Part shown: positions 1-12,276 of the stretch, one piece after another
Layout of the letters: each line of letters begins with the position of its first letter
Position numbering within the stretch: position 1 is the first letter of the stretch
Assembly: GCA_026026165.1 (NCBI GenBank)
Contig: JAPEUD010000009.1
Location: 248,001-312,000 of the forward strand
Direction: 5' to 3'
Origin: Sarea resinae
Lineage: Eukaryota
DNA: 64,000 nt
Made by a program: the position numbers and the translations under genes
Notes under the pieces: generated by a model
What the model saw: only the letters and a program-made list of their open reading frames with translations
Databases searched by the model: none
Told to the model about the DNA's origin: nothing

Positions 1-338
1 AGGGCAAGGCCGAGGAATTCTGAGTCCCATGTTTGTTTGCCCCTTACTCAGGGAGGGGAAGAGCTGTCTGTGTTGCTTGATGATGGATGAGGAGCATTCG
101 TTCGCTCATGGCGTTTGTGGGGTATGGCCTTTTTTCCTTTAGACTGGCTTGCTGGTGCGGTAGACGTTAACCCCTACCGAAAACGGGAAGAATATTACGG
201 ATGCAAAATGGCTGTCGTGTCTTCTGTCTTGATTGAACACATTCATCGAGAGGACTGCAACGTAGAAGAAAGAGAGCGAAGGATCGTGCCCAATTAAGTG
301 ATAATCTTTTACTCAGACCAGACCAGACCAAAGCAGAC

Positions 339-1507
339 CTATCGCCGACTCGTAGACCCAAATCCCGAACTCTCGTACCTCGTAGACGAAAAGGACGCAC
401 TGGGAGACGAACGACTGCTGCTGCCCCTCGAACTCCCTTCGCCGGCGTCATCTCCCCAGAGACCGCCACCGCCACCCCACCCCGTATTTCGACCTTGCCC
501 AGGTGTTTGCGTACCATTCTGCCCTCGTCTGCCAGCCATATAGCCCGCGGCCGCACCACCCAGCATACCCGACCACAGCCCAGGTCGCCAGCCTTGCCCT
601 CCAGCGGCAGCCGGAGCAGCCCGCGAAGACGAAGAGCGGGATTTACGTGGTGGACCTCCTGGTGGACGAGGATCGTACGGCGGAGGCGGGTCGTCGTTGT
701 CGTCGCCACCTCCACCACCCCCTCCGAACCCACCCCAGCCGTTTCCGCGCCTCGGTGGTGGAGGCAAGCCCCTGGCTGCGCCATCCCTGATGAACGCGGC
801 ATACAACATCCAGGCCACCACGCCGACAAAAAGCACCCAGAACGCCACTTTCACCCAATCGGTGCCGCTCCCCTTGAAGCCGCGCCATAAGTCGTCGCCG
901 TCGGTTCCAGAGCCGTATCGCTTCTCGCCCTCCTCGGTGAGGAGCAGGCGGTATTCTACTCCGCACGACCCCTTGAGGATATACGGGTCGTTCGGCGACG
1001 CGTATCCCTCGCAGATGACGTCTGTGGAGCCGAGCTTGAACTCGGGGGGCAGGGAGGCGGTGCATGTCCATTCGACTGTGTCGTCCGAGTAGGAGGTGCC
1101 TTGGTTCTTACAGCGCATGACATCGATCGTATAGTAGGGCTGTGCGCTACCACCGATACATTTGAGCTGGAGACAAAGATGGGTAAGCGAACATCATCGC
1201 CACAAATCTACGCTCACAGGAAGCGCCGTTTGAGAAAGTTGTGATGTGAAATAGGAAGGTTGGCATTGGATCGGCGCGCCGAAGCGACGCTGGCCGGTGT
1301 GGTGGGCGTCGAGGGGTTGTTTACCTGTGGAATGGCGGACACGCGCCTTGCTGTCGTCTTTGCATCTTTGCGCAGCGTGAGCGTTTTGACATCCGAGAGG
1401 AGGACGGCGTTGGCTGGCTTGCGTTCTTTTGCTGCTGCTGCGTCGGTGACGCTGGTGATGGCACAGAGGGCGAGGATGGCGGGGTAGAGAACGCTGATGG
1501 CCCGCAT
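339..1507 (-). CDS. SARAF/TMEM66-like (DUF1183) single-pass membrane protein, 2 exons (1507-1325, 1166-339)
   Basis: Signal peptide, then VLLSDVKTLTLR..TTARRVSAIPQ|LKCIGG..MRCKNQG..EWTCTASLPPEFKLGSTDVICEGY..DPYILKGSCGVEYRL, one TM helix, Gly/Pro-rich tail ending GFGSTSRR. GT-AG intron 1324-1167. Confidence 0.9.
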
Positions 1508-2139
1508 GGTGAGATGTGATGGTGGTAGGTAGGATGGGATAAATGAAAGGAGAGTCAGTCAGGATGGTGAAGGCATCGCGGGGAGGTGTTGAGATCAAGT
1601 GTGGCGAATACTGGTGAGAAGGACAGGTGGTGTTTTGTCCCACGCTCAGTGTCTTTTGGCTTTGGCTTTGGCTTTGCCTTGGCCGTTCAGTCTGTAAACA
1701 CCGGACCAGGGTCTACGTCATTGGGCTTCTGTCGCTTCTCGCGTTTGTATCTGATGATCATCCGCACGGAGGTGATGATCAGGAAGGGAACGATGCCGAA
1801 GGGAGAGATATAATAGAACATGTTGAGATGGCTGATAATGCATAGGTTTTACTGACGACTCGTGAATCGATTCGATGCAGACGCCTCTTGTTGTTCCTCG
1901 CCGCATCTCTCAAGCGAGCATCAATCGCTGGCTGAAGATCATCAGCACGCCTGAAGGTTCCTTCCTTCTTCCCCAAGCCGCCGAGTTGCAGCTCTCAGCT
2001 GTAGGGCATCCCTTCCTCGTCTCTCCCTCTTGCATAGCACCAAAAACTACCAATGCCGGAGCCGACCGACTGAAATAGACCAGGCTGTTCAAAGTCAAAG
2101 ACGAACGAGGACAGACAAGAGGCAAACGGGCAAAAAAGA

Positions 2140-2231
2140 CGACCTTCATGGGACTCGAACCCACAACCTTGTGCTTGCGCAAAGAAAAACGCAACTAGGA
2201 GGCACACGCGCTACCATTGCGCCAAAAGGTC
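2140..2231 (-). tRNA. tRNA-Arg(CCT) with 20-nt intron (2195-2176)
   Basis: Cloverleaf: acceptor GACCTTT/GAAGGTC, D-arm GCGC-AATGGTA-GCGC, anticodon stem TGTGC/GCACA with CT-CCT-A, T-arm GTGGG-TTCGAGT-CCCAT. Followed by a T6 terminator. Confidence 0.92.
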
Positions 2232-2535
2232 CGTACTCGGATGTGATGACGGCTAAGCCATCAGAGCCATAACAACAGATTGACGTCGCTAAGCTCGTAT
2301 ATGTACCATCCGGGCTCTCAACGTTCGGATGTTGCCGGGCCTGTCTTATCTTATCTGAGATGGACTGTTGAAGATCGTCAACAACATCATGTGCAGCTCC
2401 GTGCAGCTCCACAGACCAGCGACCAGCGACCAGCTGTTGACTCCTCTCTCATTCTCTCCTCAATCTTCTCCCCGAATTCAAGTCGCAGCTTTGTAGAGCA
2501 GCCCTTCTTGTTGTCTTCTTCGTCAACGGCACACC

Positions 2536-4378
2536 ATGAGACAACGTATCACCTACCTCTACAATGCCGAAGGCGCTTTCGACCCCGAACAGCTGTCCGT
2601 GACCGAGACGCAGCTCTCCGTCCAGAACCTGGACGCTGCCAAGGAGCACCGCATTACTGTCGGCTTTGAGGAGCTCCCCCAAGAGGTATCGCTGTCCGCT
2701 CCTCTCGGTCTCGTTCTGTATTTGTGACCGTGAATAGTTGCGGCTTGCGCTGAGACAATGCCACGAGCTGCATCTCCGGTGGGCGTCGTCCGAGTATTAC
2801 AAGTCTATTGCACCCTTTGTCTCGAGGGTCTCGCCCGGATTACACGTCTTCTTCACGCCGCGAAGGAACGTAGCAGCGTATGATACGATCGAGGTCTTTT
2901 GCTGAGCACTTGAAGCTAATGATTCCAGAAACCTCCTTTGTCCCATACTGAAGAGAGTCTTCGGCGACGAATTAGCATGCCGTTCTCCCGAGGTAATGCC
3001 CACAATCATGCCCTTACAGATATTCTCCCTCATGTCACGTACTCAAAATCCACATTCCAGACATCTTTCAGTAGCCTTCCTGTCCTCTCAGAACGCTTCG
3101 CCTCATCATCAGCCTCGCAATATTATGAACTCGTTCCCTCCAACGCAAACCTCATAGAATACATCCAACATAACCTTTGTGGTCCGACGGGCAAGGCGTG
3201 CCGTTCTCAAGCCTCCCTTCTTCAGTCTGCGTGCTATGTAGATATAGACTACGACACCATTTCTCATGCTCTAGTCCTCAATGCTTTCTGGGCGGCATCT
3301 CCAGACGGGAAATCATGGAACGAGACTATTGGGCAAGAGGACCCCACGGACAAGATCGAGGTTGGAATTCTGGCAAACGAGAAAGCGACGGAGCCGGAAG
3401 AGCTATCCTTGGGTGGCTTTTTGACTGTCATCGGCGAGGACACCAAACCAAGTCCGTTCCCTCGATCTTTTCCGGTCTTCCAACAGTAACCCTAGTACTA
3501 ATACGATCCGCATAGACCCAACTCTCTTCTCCTTCCCCGCGCGGCATCATCCATTGCCGCCATCGACCCACGGCACAACCTACGCAGCATCCTTCCCACC
3601 CCCCACAGGCCTTCACCCAACCCTGCGCCTCACGTTTCCCACCCCGCCCACCCCACCACCAACGGCCTCCTCGTGCGCTCTCCACACGTATCTCACCCTG
3701 CCACAGACGCTCTTTGTCGACAAGTACCAGCTCTCGGACCCACTCTTCCTGGCCTCGAAGAATCTATCCACGATCCGATCTCTGACCGGCGAAACGGACC
3801 TCGAGGCTCCGACCTGGGTCCTGGACACATGGGGCAGTGCCCTGCTCCTCGAGCTCGCCACTCCTCCGGCTCCACCACCCACCGACGCCCCTCGGATCCG
3901 AGGCCACGCAGCTGAGCACACCGTTGACGTCCCGCTCCACCTCCGCTACCTGCCCCCTGCACCGGGCGGCTACCGCAACATCTCGATCCCCTCGCCACAT
4001 GTTTTCTGGGCCTGCATCGCGGATGAGGGCTCCAAGATGTCCGTCAACCCCTTTGATCGCGTCAATGTGGGCTACGATGGCTTGTTCGGTCCTCGGACGA
4101 TGTTCTACCATCTCGAGCCCTCCAACACAGAAAGAACCCAAGTCGGCGAGAGCGGGAGCGGGAGTGGGAGCGATGGTGAGGCTTTGGGGACCTTGGTACA
4201 GACGATCACGGTACCCGTGCTAGATGCCGAGAGAGTGGGCTGGGTGAAACCGGGGACCATGGGTGTTGTGGTGCTGGGTTTCCTGTGGATCTGCTGGGTG
4301 TTACTGAGGGTGGTGCGGAACCGTGGCCGGGTGGGCAAAGGGGCTACCAGGAGGAGCCATGGGAAGAAAGATAATTAA
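2536..4378 (+). CDS. PBN1: GPI mannosyltransferase I accessory subunit PIG-X/Pbn1, 5 exons
   Basis: MRQRITY..AAKEHRIT..ELHLRW..SPGLHVF..EVGILANE..PTLFSFPARHH..GLHPTL..CALHTYLTLP..FVDKYQL..DLEAP..VPLHLRY, with a C-terminal TM. Introns ~2686-2737, 2878-2928, 2994-3060, 3452-3515. Confidence 0.9.
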
Positions 4379-4660
4379 AGCGTCGGCGATCACTGTCGGG
4401 GGGGCAATTGCAGCTTAGGAACTCGTTACGTATGGCGTTCGTACTCGAAATCGAGGCCGTGAATTTTACTATGCTGGATGCAACACACTCTCCGTGCGGA
4501 ATTGTTATGACCGCAACGTGTGTGTGTGATATGCGTTTCATGCTTATACCTGCATGTAGATGCTTGATTCCATGAACGCCCATTCCCCAGCACCCTTTCC
4601 AGCAACCCCCGGCCAATACAGGTAGACGAGAAAGAGAGACAAGCAAGAAGATGGCGGGTT

Positions 4661-6062
4661 CTAGAGGACTATTGGAGTCGTCCCCAGACCCAGCCCCAGA
4701 CCCCCAACACCGTCACCCTGCGGCGGCGGCGGCTGATCTGGTGCCGGGAAGATAGGGTGCAGCGAGTACACGGGCCCCTTGGACTCTTCGCCATCAAACA
4801 GCAAGAGGTTCTGGATCGGCTGCTCCCGTTGCCCGAGCACGTTGATGACGTCCTGAGCGAGCTGACCGCCCAAGAAAGCTGTCACGGGCGCCATTTCACT
4901 GCCTATGTTCTGGAGGAAGCTGCGCAGGAAGTCGCTGCGGAGCGTCTCCGGCGGCAACTGGAGCTCCCGGTGTTTTTCGGTGGCGAGGGTGGTGAAGAGT
5001 TCGAGGTCGGCGTGCGAGTGCGAAGGCAGACGGCCGCCGGAAATGCGCTGGAATTCCCAGAGCGCTTTGAGGCATGTCAGTAAAGGGGTGACTTGGCGAA
5101 GGCGGCGGCGGTTGGAGAGGTATTCGCCAGACAGCGGAGAAGTATTGGCGAGAACAATGGGGGAGTAGAGCTCGCGCTTCGTCACCATCTCGATGAGTTT
5201 GCCGCCTTCGCGTTTGGTGGTTGCGGCAACGACGGACCGGGTCGCCGTTTCGGGTCTGAGGATGGTGGGGATGTTGGACTTTTCGCGCTCGATGACGTAG
5301 GTATGGGCGATGAGGTCTGCGAAGATGAAGCCGTAGAAGCCATGCGTGCCGGCTGCGTAGAAGGGACGGTTCGCAACGCGTGCGGAGGCGTTGATGTGCG
5401 AGACAGTCTCGAAGTCGAGTTCCGTGGCGATGATGATGTCGAAAGAGGTGTAGAAGTTTTGGGGCTTGAGGCGGATGTCTTCTGTCTCCACATGCAAGGT
5501 CACTCGCGGGTTGAGTCGGCGGATTTGAGGTGCCGCTGCTTCTGCGCGCTGCACATCTCGTTAGTTGTGGAAGAGACTTGGCGATTGGCCTCAAGAGAGG
5601 GGTGGCGTACGTTCTTCCCAACATCTTCCTCGGAGATGAAGAATTGAGAGCAGAGGTCGTCTTCCTTTACAAGCTCGTGATCTGCTATGGTCAAGGAGCC
5701 GATGCCAGCAAGAACCAAATTCTTAGCAATCTCATTTGCCAGTGCTCGAGCGGTGATGAGGAGGATCTTCGCCGTGCGCAATCTGGTTCCTCCCGTCAGT
5801 CCAAGCTCCTTCCCTGAAGAATTGATGGCTCGCGGCTTACTTTTCTTGTGCCTTGACGCCCCACAGGCGAATCTGGCGATCATAGAGAGCAATCTCGTCT
5901 TTGAAAGAGGAGCTGTTCAGCTGGGAGCGCGCGTGAGGAGGAACAGAAGTCAGCCTTACCTGCGCTGATTGTCTGAGCCTGAGCGGCGGCCGCTACAGTC
6001 TCACCGGCGGCATCTTCGACGGGCGCTGGGACCCCATTTGTGCCATTCTCAGCTGTCGTCAT
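4661..6062 (-). CDS. AOS1: SUMO-activating enzyme E1 subunit (Aos1/Rad31/SAE1), 4 exons
   Basis: EIALYDRQIRLWGVKAQEK|LRTAKILLI..LANEIAKNLVLAGIGSLT..RAEAAAPQIRRLNPRV..APVTAFLGGQLAQDVINVL (ThiF/E1 fold). Confidence 0.9.
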
Positions 6063-6483
6063 GATTGCTGTTGCATTATCCTGGTGGAAGGGAAGGAGAG
6101 AGAAGAGGAGAGGAGAGGTGAGGTGAGGGGTGAAAGACTAGAACTGGCAGCTTTGATTGTCGGTTGACTGCAGCATCTCGATGGGATTGATATCCATCGA
6201 CGAATGACAGATAGGGCAAACGAAATGGGTAATATGTGCAGCGCTTATCAGGATTCCCTCGCTCCCCGTAACGCGAAGTAGATGGTACTGGCCCTCGCCG
6301 CTCTTCATGCGTGCGATCTCCAGTACCCGTAACCGGATTCCGATCATTTGCCGTGCAGTCATCATCTGCCGCCCACGACCTGCGCTCACTACGACACACG
6401 ACCCCCTCCACGCATCGATCCGCGTGCATCTTTCCATCTTGGCTTCAACTCCAACATCTTCAACTGCCACGGCACCGCGAGCT

Positions 6484-6512
6484 ATTGCACCATTGCACCA
6501 TTGCACCATTGC
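6484..6512. repeat. Tandem 8-mer (ATTGCACC) x ~3.5 in a divergent promoter
   Basis: attgcacc attgcacc attgcacc attgc. Confidence 0.8.
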
Positions 6513-6722
6513 TGCCTTTCTAGATACAAAGGACCACCTGGCTTTATTACGCTCACGACCTTTGCTACGGTTGCAGTTCTGGGTGCCTGTTGCCCTCACA
6601 AGACACATATCCGGTTGCTCATTAGGTTGTTGCCGTCCTTTCTTTCACTTGCTCGAGCTTGCCCGATGTACGCATACTAGGCATCTGCAGAGCTTCATAC
6701 TACACGAGAAACCATTCCGACC

Positions 6723-8716
6723 ATGGTATGTTCCTCGCCATCATTCTTTGTTCCCGCGCTGAGAAGTTGCAACCTCGCAAATAAATGTGGTGCCCGATTC
6801 GCTGATTGATGATTGTGAGGATCATGCAGTCCGGGAATTTCGACTACCCGCCTGCATCACCGAGCTCTCGCTCAACCGATGCCCCGGCTCTACCTCCTCG
6901 ATTCCCCTCCGCTTCCTCAACGGAAGTGCCCAGCCTGCCCGCACGATTTCAGCGACTTCGTGAGCTGCTGCAAACGGAGAGGGAACAGGAACAGGCGAGC
7001 CAGCGCTCGTCCCCCAGCGAAAGTCCGATGCCTACAGAAATGGACCATTCACCCCAACGTCGTCGTCGTCGAAGGGCCATGATACGTGACTACGCAATCG
7101 CTCGCGCAAGTGAACAAAGTCAGAACTCGTCACCTGCTCCGCCGCCTTCGCAACCACCAGCATCTGCTCTTCGAACACGTCCCCGAGCAGCGCTCAGTGA
7201 TCGCTATCTGATAAGACAACGTCCACAGATTCGCCAAACATCATACCACACAGATGCCTTGGCGGGCCTGCAAGAGGCTGGACAACGGTTGGCGGAGGCA
7301 AGCTCAAGCATAAGCGCCCTTCTGGAGCAGCCGATAAGCAACCCGTCGCTGGATCTACGGTCTCAGGAGTACTCGGGAGACGACTTCAGTCGACGTCGGT
7401 CGAAGAGGAGAAAATTAGACAACGAATCATCGGAAAGTGGCTTGCGCGGCTTTAGCTATGGTCATCGTGGCCAGGTGATACCAGGTCCGCTCAGGATGGA
7501 AATTGCCAGCTGTGACGGAGGAAACTATTCGGAGGACTCGGGTCGTGGCAGGACCTACGGGGCTGAAAATGTCTTAAAAAATGACAAGAGCGTTTATTGC
7601 ACAGAGAGCAATCGATGCAATTTAGTTCTGAGGCATCGAGGGGAGACGGCATTCTGTCTGGAGAAAATAGTCATAAAAGCCCCGGAGCGTGGCTTCACAG
7701 CTCCGTACGTTTTTAGATCGAGCAGCTCCATGCAAAATAGGAGAGGTGCTAATTACTGTACTTGTCCACGCAGAGTTCAAGAAGGCATGGTATTCATCTC
7801 TATGGCCGCCGACGATCTCCTCGCTCGGACCGCCCAATACCACATATCCTACGGGCCGTCCCCGGCATCTTCGTCAAATCGACCCCGCAGCCGTTCGCAA
7901 CGACGGATTGTTCCCCCTCTGTCGCCCGAAAACAACACTACTAGTATCTTTCGTCCGCGATCACCGGGTGAAGTAATCAGCCTCTTCGATGACGACGATT
8001 TTCCAGACAACGATGCCGACGACCCTGTCTATGATGCCGATGGCTGCGACCTGAGTCTAACAGAACCCAACGACCCAGCCCGCAACATCCGCACGCGGAC
8101 CCCACCACCTTTCACGGTCATCACAGAGTGTAGCGACGAATCCGCCGACGAAGAAGAAGAGACTAGTGCCGCCGTCCTCGCCGACCGCCATAGACGTGTC
8201 TGGAGACTGTTGGGCCTCACAGAAGGCGGCGATGAAGAAGACGACGATGTCGACGTCGGTCCTGGGTCCTGGCGTCACGGACTCACACATACTCTTGGAT
8301 CTCCACCATCGAGACGAGGAGGCCGCAGAGAAACTCCCAGCAGGATCGAACCTCTCCCTCGTGGCTCACCTGTGGAGCTTATTGGTGACGGTGACGGCAG
8401 AGATTTACCGGACGTCATGGCTCCGCATGCGAGGTTTTTTATTAAGAGGGAAAAGAGCATGGTCAGCTTGAAATTCGATCCGCCTGTGTAAGTTGCAATC
8501 TTTCTTCAATCTCTGTCTGCTTCCTCCGCCCCTCTTCACTGCTCCACAACTCGGCCAGCCCCATTTGTTCTAATGTAACAATTTACTTCCAGCTCTGGCC
8601 GGTTCATCCTCCTCAAGCTCTGGAGCCCCGCTCGCGAGGAAAACATCGACATCCAGAGTGTCACCGCATACGGCTTCGCAGGTCCGCGCTTTTTCCCCGC
8701 TGTCGAGATGCGCTGA
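6723..8716 (+). CDS. Uncharacterised fungal protein with a probable galactose-binding-like beta-sandwich split by a low-complexity insert, 4 exons
   Basis: ATG|GTATGT (6723-6725); introns 6726-6829, 7705-7773, 8488-8592. Globular blocks GPLRMEIASCDGG..AENVLKNDKSVYCT..IVIKAP and PHARFFI..KFDPPVSGRFILLKLWSP..NIDIQSV. Basic NLS-like RRRSKRRKL. Confidence 0.75.
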
Positions 8717-9610
8717 TTCGATCCTCTCTAAACGCTGTGTGATGCCGATACCAGCGACTCGCCCCTGGTACCTCGGTCCATCGGCTTACGTGAGCTTGTC
8801 GGACGAGAGAGTGCAGCTGAAGCCACCATGACTTACTTCGTTGAGGCTTCCCCCCCTCTTCTTCTCTTCAGAGCAATAGATGGGCTTGCTATACTAACTT
8901 CTGGAGGCCATGGTGTGTATGATGGCGGCGTTCTCATTTTCTTTCTCTGGTCCTGTTTCTCGATGTTGTTGTTTGCGCTGTATATACTATGTAAGCATCG
9001 GATACATACATGTCCAGCATGCCGAGCATGCCCAGCACGCCTGCAAGGTGGCCGAGCCAGCACTCTCGGATAGTATTTTTGAAACTCTCGTTTCGTCTTT
9101 CTTTTCTTTCGAGCACGCAGGAGCGAGGCGCAGACGTGGGATTATACGGATCAGGTCATCGGAGGCATTCTTGACGAGAGAGAGAGCAGGAAGGAGCAAG
9201 GGGGCTCAGGTTTACATGTTTATCACATAAGAATGGCATCAGTGGATCAAGTCGGATAGCTACTACTGAAGTAGGTAGATGTATGAACTTATACTCCAGC
9301 GTATATGATCGATCGAACGAATGGGCGGGAAAAAAAAGGAGATGACATGATTCATATATTTTGCTGTACCTCATTCCAGGATCACAAGGTATATGAAAAG
9401 ATTGGTTGCCTGACTGACTGACTCGTCATTGATTGTGTGCGGACGAAACATTTCTGCTGAACGTAGAACATAAGGGACATTCAATCGTACACTTTACCCC
9501 CCTGGCCTGCCTGAATGCATGCCCGCCTACACCTGTCCTCTGACAATGTTTCCCGAGTTCGACTCGGAAGAAGGGGAGTGCGTGAAGGAGCCCGGCAAGG
9601 CATTGATCGA

Positions 9611-11576
9611 CTAGCTGGTATCTTCCCTGATCTCGGTCACACTGCCAGCAGCAGTCGTCGTCGTCGTCGTGGCCTTTCCCCACGCGCTCTCGAACCCGAA
9701 ATTGCTCGTTTCTCCCGCAGAATCGACGGGAGACTCTTCAGGCTCCTCTGTGCCTTTGCCCACCTCCTTTAACTCCTCCTTCTCCTCCTTCCTCTCCGCC
9801 TTGACATCCTTCTCGCTCTTCTCGGCCCGCGCGCCCGCTGTCTCATCCAGCGCCGCGCTCTCGGCCGACGGGACCTCGAACTCGAAATTCGAACTATACA
9901 CGACGGCGGCGAAGGCGTCGAGGTCGCGGACGTCGCGCTCGACGGCGGCGAGGTAGTCGTTGGGCATACTAGCGTGGCCGATGACGTGGGCCTGGCGCGT
10001 GAGCACGGCGAGGAGGTTGGCGAGTTTGGTGCGGATGTGCGCGGGGATGAGTTCTTGGATTTGGGCTGATGGCGGGGAGGAGGAGGAAGAGGACGGCGGT
10101 TGCGGTTCGTGGGCGGGGTGCGTTGATGTTGTCGTTGTCGATGGTGATGGCGAGGGCGATGGTTGGGGGAGGGGGTTCTGGGCGGGTACCTTGAAGGCTT
10201 GGGGGAGGAGGATGGCGTCCGTGAGGTGGGTGAAGAGGGAGTCGAGGATGAGCGTTTCGAGGTGGGTGAATGTGGGGGAGTCGATCAGATCGGCGGTTTC
10301 GTCGAGGAGACGGCGGAGGAGAAGGGACGAGGAGGCCGTTGTGGAGGATGATGTTGGAGGTGGTGGGGCTTGCGTCGGAGATTGCGGCGAGGGGAAAGTA
10401 GGAGACGCGGGCATGCTTGACATGCCTGATTCGCGGAGGACGTGGTCTTCTTCTTCGTGAGGTGGAAGCAGATAAGGTAGCCATTTTTGAGCTCTGAATG
10501 ATTACTCAGTCAAGATCAAGTTCCTCCGATGCAAGTTGGGCATAAAGAAGGAAAAACATACCTCCTTTCCTCTTCCGTAGCTCCCTCGACCCGTTTCCGC
10601 ACCTCGACCGTCAGCTCGGACATCCTTTCCAGACTGATATCCTCGCGCGGATTCAGTGTCCCAAAGACCTCCCTGACCGCCGCTTCAACTTTATTCGCAA
10701 TCTCTCTCCACCCCCGATGGAGAAGCCACCAGCTGAACGTTAGGTAGCGACGGTTCGTCTCGAAGTCGTTACCGTACGCTTGCTCGAAGTTGTCGTCGTC
10801 ATGGTTTTCGAGATTGATGGTTGGGTCGTGGGCGGGGGAGGCCGCCAAAGAGACAACGCTGGACAAGTAATTCCGTCTCCCAAGGAGGTTGAGCTGGATG
10901 CGAGTGAGGAGTGTGAGCAACGAGAGCGTGTAGAGCAGTGTAAAAGCTCGTGTTATGGCTAGACGTCTTGTTAGTTTTGACGGTATGAATATGTGGCCAC
11001 GGTGGCAATCGCACAGCTTATCTTGAGGTCGTCCCACAGCTGCACCCTGGTTTTCTTCGTGCGCGTCTGGCCTTCCGGTCCCCCCTCGCCCACCTGGCTG
11101 GCGTGGATGTAACTCTCACTCTGGAAGCTCTGCAGGCTCCGGCCATCGTCATCCGTCACGCTCGGCGGGCCAGAGCTCAGCTCCGACGGCGTCACCTCCG
11201 AGGTACCTGTGCTCCGAGCTAATCGATCCGCTTTCTTCTGCTGTAGATCGCGGGTAATGGCTTCGACGGGGTAGGCTTCAAGGATGTTTTCGGTGGCGGT
11301 GGGGAGGAGCACCAGGACGGTGAAGGTGCAGTCTTCTTGGTTTTGCTCGAAGCGGCGGCGGAGGCTCGAATCGGTCAGCTTTCCTTGATCTTGGACGATG
11401 TGTGCGGATGGAACCTACTTCTCGCGCGCAATGCGGTCTCTGCTCATGGCCTCTCGTGCCTCGGCCAGCTTCGAGAGGGCATATTGCGTCGCGACATAGC
11501 CCAGGCCCAGCAGGCCGGCACCGACAGCGAAGTTGGTCCTGTTCCGCCGCAGCCATCTGCGCGAGGCGGAGATCAT
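9611..11576 (-). CDS. PEX3: Peroxin-3, 4 exons
   Basis: MISASRRWLRRNR..TM..IARENLRRRFEQNQEDCTFTVL..QLWDDLKI..LLTRIQLNLLGRRNYL..YLTFSWWLLHRGW..LDETADLIDSP..FAAVVYSSN. Confidence 0.95.
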
Positions 11577-11631
11577 CGTGTTCATGCAATAAGCGTATGA
11601 GGAAGCTGATTGCTTTGTGACTGTCGTGAGC

Positions 11632-11668
11632 CACCTGAACCACCTGGAACACCTGGAGCACCTGGAGC
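11632..11668. repeat. Degenerate 9-mer tandem (CACCTGGAR-like) x4 upstream of PEX3
   Basis: cacctgaac cacctggaa cacctggag cacctggag. Confidence 0.75.
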
Positions 11669-11915
11669 TTCGGGGGTCTGAAGTGTCGAAGGCGGCGGGC
11701 GGTACGCAGTGACGCGGGTTGAAGCACGGACAGCAGGGCAGGCATACAGAGTAGGTACAGAGTACAGAATAGACGCGAGGTTGGGCTGCGGCAGATGACG
11801 CCGACGATCTGGTCTTATCTACCTTACTGAAGTACTGCCAGAGTACCTGAGGTACCTCCGGTACCGAGTAAGGACTGCATTTACTCGACCACCGTAGTAC
11901 TGCATCGCTATGAAG

Positions 11916-11927
11916 TACTCCGGAGTA
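11916..11927. promoter_or_regulatory. Palindromic motif TACTCCGGAGTA (copy 1 of 4), candidate cis-element
   Basis: Identical copies at 47586, 47697 and 57760, all intergenic and upstream of genes. Function is inferred. Confidence 0.5.
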
Positions 11928-12276
11928 GATGCACATCCCCCACGTTCCTGTTCCAGCCCGCCCACCTGCACGCCCCACCTCCCTCTCGTTTCCCTCTCCC
12001 TCTCCCTCTCCAGCTCCCTCTCCAGCTCCCTAATCTCGCCCTGAACGGGGCGGACCACCTATGGGTGAAGTCATCCCCCTCCAGCTGCCACACTCATCCT
12101 GCCAACCTCACTCACCCCTCCAACCGTCGGGCTGTAGACCTTTCGACCTCTCGACCAACCCTTGAACATCCATTCCCTTCTCTCTTCCATCAGCCGTCTT
12201 CTTCCTCATCGCGTCTGCAGACCATCATCATTATCATCATCGTCATCATTGTCGCAAGCCACCATCTCCAGCCACG

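Noticed and set aside
1..30. Possible gene start on the minus strand (MGLRIPRPCP) running off the window
   Set aside because: Only ten codons are visible, which cannot support a call.
1751..1855. C/D snoRNA-like pattern (GTGATGA at 1772, CTGA at 1832 and 1852) with an adjacent imperfect hairpin
   Set aside because: No guide I could match to rRNA or snRNA and no terminal stem. It would need snoscan/Rfam.
6726..6829. GCTGAGA in an intron suggesting a TPP riboswitch
   Set aside because: Lacks the ACCUGAU/UAAU/GCG downstream core and the required helices.
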